Positions 13,426 through 29,100 of a stretch of 64,000 bases of DNA are shown here, piece after piece; within the stretch, counting starts at the first letter, position 1; each line of letters starts with the position of its first letter. The notes beneath the pieces were generated by a model that saw only the letters and a program-made list of their open reading frames with translations, was not told the DNA's origin and did no database searches. The position numbers were made by a program, and so were the translations under genes. The stretch is from the human T2T-CHM13v2.0 reference genome, Homo sapiens: the NCBI RefSeq assembly GCF_009914755.1, contig NC_060937.1, one strand, 5' to 3'.

Positions 13426-16400
13426 TTGTACACTCCCACCAACAGTGTAAAAGCATCCCTATTTCTCCAGCATCTGTTGTTTCCTGATTTTTTAATGATT
13501 GCCATCCTAACTGGTGTGAGATGGTATCTCACCGTGGCTTTGATTTGCATTTCTCTAATGACCAGTGATGATGAGCTTTTTCTCATGTTTGTTGGCCACA
13601 TAAATGTCTTCTTTTGAAAAGTGTCTGTTCATATCCTTCGCCCACTTTTTGATGGGGTTGTTTTTCTTTTCTAAATTTGTTTAACTTCCTTGTAGATTCT
13701 GGATATTAGCCCTTTGTCAGATGGATAGATTGCCAAAATTTTCTCCTATTCTGCAGGTTGCCTGTTCACTCTGCTGATAGTTTCTTTTGCTGTGCAGAAC
13801 CTCTTTAGTTTAATTAGATTCCATTTGTCAATTTTGGCTTTTGTTGCCATTGCTTTTGGTATTTCAGTCATGAAGTCTTTGCCCATGCCTATGTCCTGAA
13901 TGGTATTGCCTAGGTTTTCTCCTAGGGTTTTTATGGTTTTAGGTCTTATGTTTAAATCTTTAATCTATCTTGAGTTAATTTTTGTATACAGTGTAAGGAA
14001 GGGATCCAGTTTCTGTTTTCTGCATATGGCTTGCCAGTTTTCCTAACACCATTTATTAAATAGGGAATCCTTTCCTCATTGCTTGTGTCAGGTTTGTCAA
14101 AGATCAGATGGTTGTAGATGTGTGGTGTTATTTCTGAGGCCTCTGTTCTGTTCCATTAATCTACATATCTGTTTTGGTACCAGTACCATGCTGTTTTGGT
14201 TATTGTAGCCTTGTAGTGTAGTTTGAAGTCAGGTAGTGTGATGCCTCCAGCTTTCTTCTTTTTGCTTAGGATTGTCTTGGCCATATGAGCTCTTTTTTTG
14301 GTTCCATGTGAAATTTAAAGTAGTTATTTCTAATTCTGTGACGAAAGTCAATGGTAGCTTGATGGGAATAGCATTGAATCTATAAATTACTTTGGGCTGT
14401 ATGGCCATTTTCATGATATTGATTCTTCCTATCCATGAGCATGGCATATTTGTCCATTTGTTTGTGTCCTCTCTTATTTCCTTGAGCAGTGGTTTGTAGT
14501 TCTCCTTGAAGAGGTCCTTCACATCCCTTGTAAGTTGTATTCCTAGGTATTTTATTCTCTTTGTAGCAATTGTGAATGAGAGTTTGCTCATGATTTGCTT
14601 CTCTGTTTGTCTATTATTGGTGTATTGCACATTGATTTTGTATCATGAGACTTTGCTGAAGTTGCTTATCAGCTTAAGAAATTTTTGGGCTGAGACAGTG
14701 TGGTTTTCTAAATATACAATTGTGTCATCTGCAAACATAGATAATTTGACTTCCTCTCTTCCTATTTGAATATCCTTTATTTATTTCTCTTGCCTGATTG
14801 TCCTTGCCAGAACTTCCAACACTATGTCGAATAGGAGTGGTGAGAGAGGTCATCCTTGTCTTATGCCAGTTTTCAAAGTTAATGCTTCCAGCTTTTGCCC
14901 ATTCAGTATGATATTGGCTGTGAGTTTGCCATAAATAGCTCTTATTCTTTTGAGATATGTTCCATCAATACCTAGTTTATTGAGTGTTTTTAGCATGAAA
15001 GGGTGTTGAATTTTATCGAAGGCTTTTTCTACATCTATTGAGATAATCATGTGGTTTTTGTCATTGGTTCTGTTTATGTGATGGATTATGCTTATTGATT
15101 TGCATAGGTTCAAACAGCCTTGCATCCCAGGGAGGAAGCCGACTCGATTGTGGTGGATAAGGTTTTTGATGTGCTGCTGGATTCAGTTTGCCAGTATTTT
15201 GTTGAGGATTTTTGCATCAATGTTCATCAGGGCTATTAGCTTGAAATTTTCTTTTTTTGTTTTGTCTTTGCCAGGTTTTGGTATCAGGATGATGCTGGCA
15301 TCATAAAATGAGTTAGGGAGGAGTCCCTCTTTTTCTATTGTCTGGAATAGTTTCAGAAGGAGTGGTACCAGCTCCTGTTTGTATCTCTGGTAGAATTCGG
15401 CTGTAAATCAGTCTGGTCCTGGGCTTTTTTTGGTTGGTAGGTGATCAATTACTGCCTCAATTTCAGAACTTGTTATTGGTCTATTCAAGGATTCAACTTC
15501 TTCCTGGTTTAGACTTGGGAGGGTGTATATGTCCAGGAATTTATCCATTTTTTTCTAGATTTTCTAGTTTATTTGCATAGAGGTGTTTATAGCATTCTCT
15601 GATGGTAGTTTGTATTTCTGTGGGATCAGTGGTGATATCCCCTTTATCATTTTCTCTTGTGTCTATTTGATTCTTCCCTCTTTTCTTCTTTATTAGTCTG
15701 GATGGCAGTCTACATATTTTGTTAATCTTTTAAAACACCATCTCCTGGCTTCATTGATTTTTTGAAGGGTTTTTCGTGTCTCTATCTCCTTCAGTTCTGC
15801 TCTGATCTTAGTTATTTCTTGTTTTCTGCTAGCTGTTGAATTTATTTGCTCTTGCTTCTCTAGTTATTTTAATCATTATATTAGTGTGTTGATTTTAGAT
15901 CTTTCCCACTTTCTCCTTTGGGCATTTAGTGGTATAAATTTCCCTCTAAACACTGCTTTAGCTGTGTCCCAGAAATTCTGGTACATTGTGTCTTTGTTTT
16001 CATTGGTTTCGAAGAACTTACTTATTTCTGCCTTAATTTCGTTATTTACCCAGTAGTCATTCAGGAGCAGGTTGTTCAGTTTCCATGTAGTTGTGAGGTT
16101 TTGAGTGAGTTTCTTAAACCTGAGTTCTAATTTGATTGCACTGTGGTCTGAGAGGCTGTTTGTTATGATTTCCATTCTTTAGCATTTGCTGAGGAGTGTT
16201 TTATTTCCGATTATGTTGTCAATTTTAGAATAAGTGCTATATGGTCCTGAGAATGCACATTCTGTTGATTTGGGGTGGAGAGTTCTGTAGATGTCTATTA
16301 GGTCCAATTGGTCCAGAGCTAAGTGGAAGTCTTGAATATCCTTGTTAATTTTCTGTCTCATTGATCTGTCTAATATTGACAGTAGGGTGCTAAAGTCTCC

Positions 16401-16842
16401 CACTATTATTGTGTTGGAGTCTAAGTCTCTGTGTAAGTCTCTAAGAACTTGCTTTATGAATCTGGGTGCTCCTGTATTGGGTACATACATATTTAGGATA
16501 GTTAGCTCTTCTTGTTGCATTGATCCCTTTAGCATTATGTAATGTCCTTCTTAGTCGTTTTTTATGTATGTTGGTTGAAAGTCTGTTTTATCAGAGACTA
16601 GGATTGCAATCCCTGCTTTTTCTTTCTTTTTTTTTTTTCTTTCCATTTGCTTGGTAAATCTTCCTCCATCCCTTTATTTTGAGCCTACGTGTGTCTTTGC
16701 ACGTGAGATGGATCTCCTGAGTACAGCACACCTATGGGTCTTAACTCTTTATTCAATTTGCCAGTCTGTGTCTTTTAATTGGGGCATTTAGTCCATTTAC
16801 ATTTAAGGTTAATATTTTTATGTATGAATTTGATCCTGTCAT
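13426..16842 (-). pseudogene. L1 ORF2 (endonuclease/reverse transcriptase), disrupted
   Basis: ATGACAGGATCAAATTCA start at 16842; fragments [46 protein letters not shown]; frameshifts; cut in the C-terminal Cys-rich region. Confidence 0.92.
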
Positions 16843-16905
16843 TATGATGCTAGCTGGTTATTTTGCCCATTAGTTGATGCAGTTTCTTCATAGTGTTAAT
16901 GGTCT

Positions 16906-18183
<1,278 letters not shown>

Positions 18184-19559
18184 CTTTGTGAATTTATCTA
18201 ACTTTGGTCTTTGCTGTTGGTGACCTTTGGATGGAGTTTTTGCATTGTGGCCCTTTTTGTTGATGTTGATGCTATAGCTTTCTGTTTGTTAGTTTTCCTT
18301 CTAACAGTCAGGCCCCTCTTCTGCAGGTCTGCTGGAGTTTGCTGGGGGTCCACTCCAGACCCTGTTTGCCTAGGTATCACTAGCGGAGGCTGTAGAACAG
18401 CAAAGATTGCTGCCTGCTGCTTCTTCTGGAAGCTTTGTCCCAGAGGGGCACCCACCAGATGCCAGCCAGAGCTCTCCTGTGTGAGGTGTCTGTCGACCCC
18501 TGCTGGGATGTATCTCCCCATCAGGAAGCACAGGGGTCAGGGACCCACTTGAGGAGGCAGTCTGTCCCTTAGCAGAGCTTGAGCGCTGTGCTGGGAGATG
18601 TGCTGCTCTCTTCAGAGCTGGCAGGCAGGAACGTTGAAGTCTGCTGAAGCTGGACCATAGCCACCCCTTCCTCCATGTGCTCCATCCCAGGGAGATGGGA
18701 GTTTTATCTATAAGCCCCTGACTGGGGCTGCTGCCTTTTAGAGATGACCTGCCCAGAGAGGAGAAATCTAGAGAGGCAGTCTGGCTACATTGGCTTTGTG
18801 GTGCTGTGGTGGATTCCCCCCAGTCCGAATTTCCCAGTGGCTTTGTTTATACTGTGAGGGGAAAACCACCTACTCAAGCCTCAGGCTCAAGCATCCCAGG
18901 TAGACTTCAGACTGCTGTGCTGGCTGGCAGTGAGAATTTCAAGCTAGTGGATCTTAGCTTGCTGGGCTCTGTGTCAGTGGGATCTACTGAGCAAGACTAT
19001 TTGGCTCCCTGGCTTCAGCCCCCTTTCCAGCGAAGTGAATGTTTCTGTCTTGCTGACGTTCCAGGTGCCACTGGGGTATTAAAACACTCCTGCAGCTAGC
19101 TCAGTGCCTTCCCAAATGGCCGCCCAGTTTTGTGCTTGAAACCCAGGGCACTGGTGGCATAGACACCTGAGGAAATCTCCTGGTCTGGGGGTTGCGAAGA
19201 CCATGAGAAAAGCATAGTATCTGTGCCATTTAGCACTGTCCCTCACGGTAGAGTCCCTCATGGCTTCCCTACGGTAGGGGAGGGAGTTCCCTGACCCCTT
19301 GTGCTTCCTAGGTGAGGCAACGCCCCTCCCTGCTTCTGCTCACCCTCAGTGAGCTGCACACACTATCTAACCAGTCCCAATTAGATGAACTGGGTACAAA
19401 TGCAGAAATCACCTGCCTTCTGTGTTGGTCTTGCTGGGAGCTGCAGACTGGAGCTGTTCCTATTCGGCCATCTTGCCCAGGTTAAGCACTTATTATTATT
19501 TTTAAACTTCTGTGGGTTAAATATCAGCTACATCATTTCTTACTTTCATTGTTATGAAT

Positions 19560-19710
19560 AAAATTGTTCTGAACTTTAATCTCCCCACCTATGAAACAGT
19601 AACTAATACAGCTACTTAAAAAATTGTTTGGATTTAATAAAATGATACATTAAATCCATAGGAGACTCTCTGGTACTTAGTAAGCCCTCAAAAATCAATA
19701 TTACTTTTAT
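19560..19710 (+). mobile_element. MIR fragment
   Basis: Degenerate core and 3' end (CTGGTACTTAGTAAGCCCTCAA). Confidence 0.55.
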
Positions 19711-21685
19711 TATTTTAAACCTGATTGAAAAGTTTATAAAATATAGTTTTACAAAATTAATGGTATAATGTTTAAGTTATTATCTTCATTTAAAAAGTAA
19801 GCTATTTAACTTACTTCTGAGGAAATAAATTGAGTCATTTTATAAGTGTGTTGTTTCTAATTTTTGTCCAAGAATGAACTTTGGAAACAAGAAATAATTT
19901 ATAATTATTATTTCTCACAGAAAAGCTGATATTTTTGTCAATGGCATAGATTAAAATTGAAACGATGACTTAATAATTAAATCTTGAATCTTTGCTCACT
20001 AATCCATATTTAAGCTCTTACTATAAGACTTTTTTACCCTCATATGAACACAAATTTATGATATTTATCAATAATTCATCCTTATTTTGCAATTTTTATT
20101 GCTGGATGTTTCAAGCATTATCACTGTTTTTATACCAATTCTCAGATTTTTGAATTCCCAACATCAGAGGAAGGCTTTTTTCCCTTTAAGATGGAATGGT
20201 TTCCTGAAATCCATACTTCATCTCTCACAATGACATTCATTTTGAAATGTGTATTCTCAATCTTTAAACTCCTTTCTCTATACCCACAATTTTTCAGCTT
20301 TCCAAAATATTTCTCTCAAGATGATGTTACCCTCCAGAGTATAATGCTAGATATTTTCTCTGAACAATGAAAAATTCCTGAAAAAATAGTTTTCACTCAC
20401 CCTCTAAACCTTTTTATATTTGTACAATTTTTAATTATTTTTATTTTTTTCCATTAAAATAAGTCTCAGTTTATCAATGACTCTCTAATCAATAAATCTT
20501 ATAATATTATTATCATTATTCTTTAATTGTCCTGATTATTTTACTCTATATCTTCTTTCCTTATTTAGTTTTGTTTTGCATTTACTTTTGGTTACACTTT
20601 AGTCTTTGTGGTTCATCTTTCACCTCTGATTACACCTTCTATAATTCTTTTACTACATGCACTTCTATATGTCTATATCTATTTGTATATGTCAGTCTGA
20701 AAAGATAGCTGTTATTAAACCCTTCCTTTCCCCAAACTTCAAGTGTTGCCTCTCTGAAGAAAATTCAAAACCATTTTTTCACATGTGCATGATTCATAGT
20801 TCCTTGATGGAAATAGCTACCAGTGGTTAAGTTATCCCTCCTTTCATCTACCTACCCAACAAAATTCTGTTGCATACCTTTAAAGGTATTTGGTTTTATT
20901 TGGTTTAATTTTTTTATCTGTGTATATATGTTTTTAGTTTTTAAGGATTACTCAGGCCTCATTTCGCATAGTAAAAATAGTGAAAACAGATTGCACAAAG
21001 GCAGTGACAAAGAAAGTGAAAGAAGGAATCACTTTCAAGACACATTTATAAAGAAGTGCTTAAAACATCTAAATGATAATTCTTCACCTTTTCTCTCTCA
21101 CCTTTTCTCTCCACAATTGTCCACCTTTTCTCTCCCTTCTCCTGTCACTCTTATTTTCGGTGGTAACTAGATTATCCTATTTTGAAGTTTAAACCTATGA
21201 AGTGAAGAGTAGTAAAGACTTTGTGTTGTTGTCATGCTCAAAAAAGTAGGGTGAGCTTCATTGGCATGCAAACTATGCAGTAACACAATATGTTGTCCTC
21301 TGAAGTGCTGCATGCTTTTCTGCACTTGGCCTTGTAAATTATGTATCCAGTCTTGCCTGTAATAGTGTGCTGGAATGTATAGTGCCTATGACAGACTGCC
21401 TTTCTGAACAGCCACCACCCTATATAATGTTTTCAATCACTTCTACCTCAATTATATTAGAAGGCTTTTGGGTAGTTTTTCTAGTTGTACTTTTGCCATT
21501 CTTTACAATGCTGTTAACCTACATTTAAATCCAAATTCAATATAACATTAACTGTGAATTCATTATCCTGGCATTTCAAACATTACCTAGTATTATCCAA
21601 TCCAGTTTTCTTCCACTGCTAACACACAGCAGGTATACACCTCAGAAAAGCATAACTACTCTTTTCCTTGAACATGTTTCTATGC

Positions 21686-21830
21686 TGCATTACTTCAGGT
21701 CTTCCTAGAAGCAGACACCAAGACAGGATTAGACATACAAAATATTTAATGGGAAAATTGCTTTTGAGAGAAAAGTCAGGAGCAACTGGAAAAAGTGAGG
21801 AAAATCATCATATCTTTTTGCACATCTGAA
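21686..21830 (-). mobile_element. ERVL LTR16-like fragment
   Basis: CAGGTCTTCCTAGAAGCAGACACCAAGACAGGATTAG motif. Confidence 0.45.
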
Positions 21831-22269
21831 TATTTCATCATACTTCTCTATTAAGTTCTATCATTTTTAATACTTTCTGTGGTCTTCCTGAAATATCAGT
21901 TGGCTATGAATTATTTCCCTTTGAAAGGCCATAGTAACTCTCTTTTTCTAACTATACACACATACAAACACACACATACACTCCTCGCATATATTAGAAT
22001 ATGACAGATTATATTTCAGAATGTAGGAAACGGATTAATTTTTATTGAATCTCAAGAGATGTAAGGAAGAGAAAAGCAGCCCTGGCGTCTGGCCTGGTAA
22101 GGATAAACTAGGCCACTGAGTAGCCATGATTGTTCAAGACAAAAACAAAGCCACTTTATCATCATGTAACCTAGCTAGCGTTTTACAAACTTTTTTTTTT
22201 AATGGAAGTTGATTATGTTAACTATGTGTACAGTTGACTCCAAAATATTTATTGTCACCTTGTCTTACT

Positions 22270-22410
22270 GATTTATAATGTGAGGATAATAAAAGTTTCA
22301 CCATATAGGTTTCTATAGGGATTAAATGAGTTACTTACATATTAATTGCCCATAACTTTGCCTGGCAGATGGCAAATGCTCAATAATGGTAGAGTAATGG
22401 TATTGTTGTT
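22270..22410 (+). mobile_element. MIR 3' fragment
   Basis: GGATTAAATGAGTTA..TGCCTGGCA..TGCTCAATAA. Confidence 0.7.
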
Positions 22411-22572
22411 ATTGTTTTCCCAGTTTTCAAACAGAGGTTTTGTTTCCACTGTTTTGAAATGCTTAGAAATACTAATTTGATATAATATCAAGGCAAGCAC
22501 AAAACTTAGTTTGTACATGACATGACTAGAGACAGCTCATGTAGCACATTCTTTATACTTATATTAATGAGT

Positions 22573-22910
<338 letters not shown>

Positions 22911-24723
22911 TGAGGAATATTTATAATAGTTCACAACCCTATCAGACTAAAAGCCTCCTTTTAAAAAAAATATTTTCTAATGTAACTTTTTCTATTGTGA
23001 AATGAATTTCAAACATAAAATAGCATACTTATATATATAACAAAACACTAATGCATCATTATAATTTACAACAATGAAAAGTTTTATTTCATTAATAGAA
23101 TAATAATATATAACTTATTATAAATGTAATGCAAAATAATGTGCAAATGGTCAGGTTTAACCTTACAGGAAAACATCAAATTATTCAGGCACTTGTATTT
23201 CTGCATAGAAGCAGCATAAATGCAACAGCTACAAATGTGTTGTATTGGGATATGAATACCACAAATATCAGTGCCTTTGGTGAAATAATTTTTTAAATAT
23301 TGAACAATGCTTTAAAATGTTCAAAAAAGTAGAGTATGTTCTTTATTTGGTAAACATGGTAATTTAACTTTGAAAAAAATAGAGGCTATTTTAAAACTGT
23401 GAAAAAATTTGCTTTGGTGTTAGCAGTATTAGATACTATGCTCAGAAAACTATTAGTCATGTTGTCATGTTCATTAATGTATGGTGAGACACTTGGAAGT
23501 AGTGTGAAATGTCAGAAAATTATTCACTGAGGACAACCATCCCCAGCATAGCAGCATGCTTGGTATCTGAATACACCCATTAAGTCAGTAGCATGCCCAT
23601 CATTTCCAAAATGCCCCATATGTAGGGACTGCCCCATGCAAACTTAGAGGTTGGATAAAAAGGACAAAGAAAGTCAAATCCAAAATAAATCATGCCTACA
23701 GGGAAAGTTGGATTGCTATAAACTGAGGAATTACTCATTCACAAATTAAAATTCAAATGTTAAACAACCGAGTTTGTACAGATGTCAAATAGAAACTAGA
23801 AAGTACATATTTTGGAAAAATGCTATATGCTAAAAAGTTAATAGTCAGATACGGAAAGTGTTGGCCCTGATAATGCTGAATAATTGATATACTGGAGGAG
23901 TGGTTCCAGAAATAGTGGAACAAAGGGCCAAAGTTATTTAAAGCAATTAACAATGTCTGGATTACATGTGTCCATGGTATATATTTTTAATCTCTTGTTG
24001 AGAAAAATATTTTGATAAAAATACCAGTTTAATGCCACAATATATTTTTTCATAAAGAGTAAATTTGATTGTAATTTATACTACTTTCTTACAGAATTAT
24101 TCATTTAATATAAAAAAAGTATTGAGTTTTCACAAGCGTAAAATTAAATAGGTTTAAAAAATAGAAATTAACATTTATTTAATATTTATTTATATAATTA
24201 TTCCTATATATTTTACAAAATAAAATAAGAGGAAATGTTTAGGTTTGATATTTACAGATGTGTCTTAGATCACATTTTTTCAAGCTTAATTTAAATTTGA
24301 ACTTAAGCTTAATTTTAAATTTGCATCAGTGATTTATTTTAATTTGACTTTGAAATTTTGGAAATTAGATTGCAATACTCCCAAGACTATTTGCTGAAGA
24401 GTTCCCAATGAAATATATTTAAATTTTAATTAAAATGTATTATTACATTCTCATGCTTTATTTTGAGGAAACAGGGTGGAAATTGTTTTGTTTTTAACCT
24501 TTAGAGTCTTATCTATAGAAATGGTTTACTAAAATAATGAGTGACATCTATTTCACAAATGGTTTTTAACCTATATAATATACAAAACATATTTAAAGTA
24601 CTTTTGTAGATAAAACTTTGGTGTGTTTAAAGTTTCTAGAAAACAAGTTCTAATATCTAATACACATAGATTATTAACATGTTTGAAGGCAATTTAAATG
24701 TCCAAAATTTAGAAGGTGGTCTT

Positions 24724-25020
24724 GGCCAGGCACGGTGACTCACACCTGTAATCCCAGCACTTTGGGAGGCCAAGGAGGGTGGAACACCTGATGTCAGGAG
24801 TTCAAGACCAGCTTGGCCAACATGGTGAAACCCCGTCTCTACTAAAAATACAAAAATGAGCCATGTGTGGTGGTGCACACTTGTTAATGCTACCTACTCA
24901 GTAGGCTGAGGCAAGAAAATTACTTGAACCCAGGAGGCAGATGTTGCAGTGAGCCAAGATTGTGCCATTGCACTCCAGCCTGAGTGACAGAGTGAGACTC
25001 CATCTCAAAAAAATAAAAAA
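24724..25020 (+). mobile_element. AluSx/Sz-like, full length
   Basis: TSD AGAA(G/A)GTGGTCTT at 24711-24723 and 25020-25032. Confidence 0.95.
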
Positions 25021-26139
25021 GAAAGTGGTCTTACTTAAACTATTATTGTATAGTACAGCAAATTATTACTAAGATTTTATTGAGGATAAAAATACAAATC
25101 AACTATTACCTTAAGGCCTATTACCCAATTTGTGGGTCAACTACAGTAGAAATTTAATTTAGCACTGATTTTTCTCTTCTAAAATAAGTTTTGATCAATC
25201 ATGGTTTTCGAAAATAAATACTATTATAATTTAAAAATTATCATTATTAACACGTATTTAGGAAAGTAACTCTGCAGCTAAAATATTTATGTGACCTAAG
25301 TATTATTAACGTATCTTAATAAAGAGTTTCCCAAAGGGAACTCAGGCAGTAATAGGATTAGTTTTTATATGAGATTTAAGTGAGTTGTAAAATCTAATAA
25401 ACCTGAATTATGAAAAACTGTTCAGAGTATCTAGTCAGTTTTATATTATGCACTGCCACTCAGAGAGATTATATTAAGTAATGTCATAATTTATTGAAAT
25501 CAGTGTAATATATTTAGAATTGGTTCGTTGGCCGTATAATAATTTATGGTATCTGAATGTATGAGTTTACTTATTATTGCATAGATATTGGTTTTTCCAA
25601 ATAATCAGGAAGATTCTGATTGACACCTTGAAGATATGCTTTTCTCTTAAAGATTTATGGTACCAAATAATTTCTTTTAGGTTTCAGTTGTTGTTGATTT
25701 TATTTTAAACACAATGTGTTGTTATAAGGTTGTTTTTAGAGAATTAGATAAGAATGGATGGAGGCTTCCTAGTGAGAGAGAAAACAACTGGGAGGTTGGT
25801 AATTTTCCTAGGGATACTGGAAATAAAAAATGATTAAAATATAGCTCATCGGACCAGCTGCCATTTACAAAAGCAATGAGTTCTTGGACTTAGGTGAAAT
25901 ATCATTCACCCTTTCACTGTAAATTAACAAAAGAGAAAATGAATAGTAACAGAATTTTTGAATGTTAATGTAGAAATACATTAAATTGCAGCCTCACTGG
26001 GTTTTAAGAACAAAGAATGTCTAAAAGGCAAGAATGGCTGATGTTGTTGAAATTTTTGGAGCGTTCACATATAAAATAGGATTATAAATTATAATCATCT
26101 TAAAATTCCCAGAAATTTCTGGAAGAATATAGGCTGTGA

Positions 26140-29100
26140 AAAAGCACCTCTTCACCCAGCCTGTCACAACTACCTCCAACACCAACATAAACCACTTGGG
26201 ACACAGAGGTTTGTTCCACCAATACTAATGCTATCATCTATGACACACCTACTTTGCAAAGACTGGAGAATTCACCTGCTTTCCCAGCTCACTTCTGCAA
26301 TTCCCAGCACCTGAGTAAGCCATCTGGAGGCCCAAGAATTGGCCTGCTTGAACTTCCTAACACCAGTGCAAGTGTATGCTGCCCTGGCACACTTGGCCCC
26401 CTACTGCTACCATTGGGACTAGAAGACTGGCCCACATGGCATCCCAGTCTTCAGTAAAATTTCACCACAACCTCTACTAACAACCATACCCTAACCCACT
26501 AGGAAATTATAAACATCACTGACACTATTTATAGCAGAAGAAATAATCTAGAGACTACAATACTACATGCACCCAGAATCAAGCCAAAGTGCCCCACCCG
26601 ACCAATACCAAAGTCACAAAAAAGTCATCTCCCGTAAAAGGAAATTCAAAAACAGTATTGGAATTCGTGGATGAGGCCACTGTTACAACTATGTGCAGAT
26701 ACCAAAGTAAGAAGACTAGAAACATAAAAAAGCAAGACAATATAACACCTCCAAGGGAATATAATAATTCTCCAGCAACAGATTTGAATAGAAAAGAAAT
26801 TTCCCCAAACCCCCAAAAAGAATGCAAAATTTGACACTAAAGCTCAATGAGATATGAGAACACTGAAAAATAGTACAAATAAATCAGAAAGACAATTCAG
26901 GATATAAATGAGTAATTCACCAGAGATAGATATCATAAAAATAACCTAATCAAAATTTTGAAACTGAATAATTTATTGAAATAAATAAAAAATACATTTG
27001 AAAGTTTTAAAAACAGACTAAATCAAGAAGAAAAAAGAATCTCAGAATTGGAAAATAGCTGTTTTGAAATAATCCCATCACATAGAAATAATAATTAAAA
27101 AAAAGAATGAGCAAGGCCTTCATGATATAGTGAACACCATAAAGGAAACAAATATCCAAAGTTTTGGTGTCTCAAAAGGTAAACAGAAACCAAAAATATT
27201 AGAACACTTATTTAATGAAATAATATATAAAAACTCTACAAGTCTAGCAAAATATTTAGATATCCATATACAGGAATCTCAGAGATACCCAAATAAATAC
27301 AATTCAAAAAGGTCTTCTAAATAGCATGTTATAGTCAAACTGTCAAAAGTTAAAAACAAAAAAAATTAATAAAAACAGCAAGAAAAAAAGCATCTAGACA
27401 CGTATAAAGGAATCTTCACCAGAATAACAGCACACTTCTCAGGAAAAAAATCTTACAGGCTAGGAGATAATTGGATAATATATCTAAAGTGCCAAAAGTT
27501 AAGAACTGTCAGCCAAGGATACTATACCTGGCAAAGTTAGCCTTCATAAATGAAAGAGAAATAAAATCCTAGACTAGCAAAAGCAGACAGAATATATCAT
27601 TACTAGACTGTTCCTATAGGAAATGCTTAAAAGACTTCTATACTCAGAAGTGTAAGAATGACATCCACCATCATGAAAACACATGAAAACATAAAACCCA
27701 TTGGTAGACCAAACACACAAACAAAAAAGAGAAAAGACTAAAATATTACCATGACAGAAAACCACCAAAGCACTATAATACGTAATAAAAGGGGGAAAAA
27801 GAAAGAATATTCAAAAAAAACCCAGAAATCAGTAAAATGAGGGAAATGAGCTCTCACAATGAATAATAATAAATGTCTCTCACAATGAATAATAATCTTT
27901 ATTTAAATTGATTAAGTTTTCCACTTAAAAGACATAGATTTGCTGAAGATAAACAAATAACAAATGACCCAAGTTTATACTGCCTACAAAAATTCACCTA
28001 ACCTGTAAAGACACATATAGACTGAAAGGAAAGGGATTCAAACAGAAACCAAATATGAGCAGATGTAGCAATACTTATATACTTATATCAGATAACACAT
28101 ACTTTAAGTCAAAAATAGTAAAAAGACACAAAGAAGATTATTATATAATCATTATATATCATTATATAATAATCATAAAGGGATCAATTCAGTAAGAGAA
28201 ATAACAACTCTAAATATACATGCACCCAACACTGGAGTATTAAGATGTATAACACAAATGTTATTATATCTAATGGGAGAGATAGACTCCAATACAATTA
28301 CCACTGGAGACTTCAACACCCAACTCTCAGCATTAGACAGATCATCTAGAAAGAAAATGAACAAAGAAACATTGAATTTAAATTGCACATTAGATTAAAT
28401 GGACCTAAAAGACATTTACAGACCATTTTATCCAACAGCTATAGAATATATATTCTTCTCATCAGCACATGAAACATTCACCAGGATAGACCATACATTA
28501 GGACACAAAACAAATCCAACAAATTTGAAACAAATAGATATCATTAACTTTTCAGACCACAGGGAATAATGCAAAATCAATAACAAGAGAAACTTTGAAA
28601 AGTGTGCAAATACATGGAAATTAAACAACATACCTTTAAATGACCATTAGGTCAAAGAGAAATTAAGGACAAAAATCAAAAGTTTCTTGAAAGGACTAAA
28701 AATAGAAACAACACACCAAAACATATGGTATATGGTAAAAAAAAAAAACAATGCTAAAAGGGAAGTGTATTACAATAAACTCTTACGTCGAAAAGGTGGA
28801 AAAAAGACTTTAAATAACCAACCTAACAAAGCACTTCTAGGAACTAGAAAAAGTAAGAACAAATCAAACCCAAAATTAGTAGAAGGACAGAAATAATATA
28901 AGATCACAACAGAACTAAATGAAATCGAGACCAATGAAACAATTCAAAGGATCAACAAAATAAAAAGGTGATTTTTTTAGAAAGACAAACAAAATTGATA
29001 AAGTGACACTACAAACAATTGGAAAGACATCCTATGTTCATGGATCAAAAGAATTAAAATTATTATACTGCCCAATCAGTTTATAGATTCAATGCAGTCC

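Noticed and set aside
18198-18552. Overlapping 107-aa and 113-aa ORFs
   Set aside because: These are incidental frames of the GC-rich L1 5'UTR.
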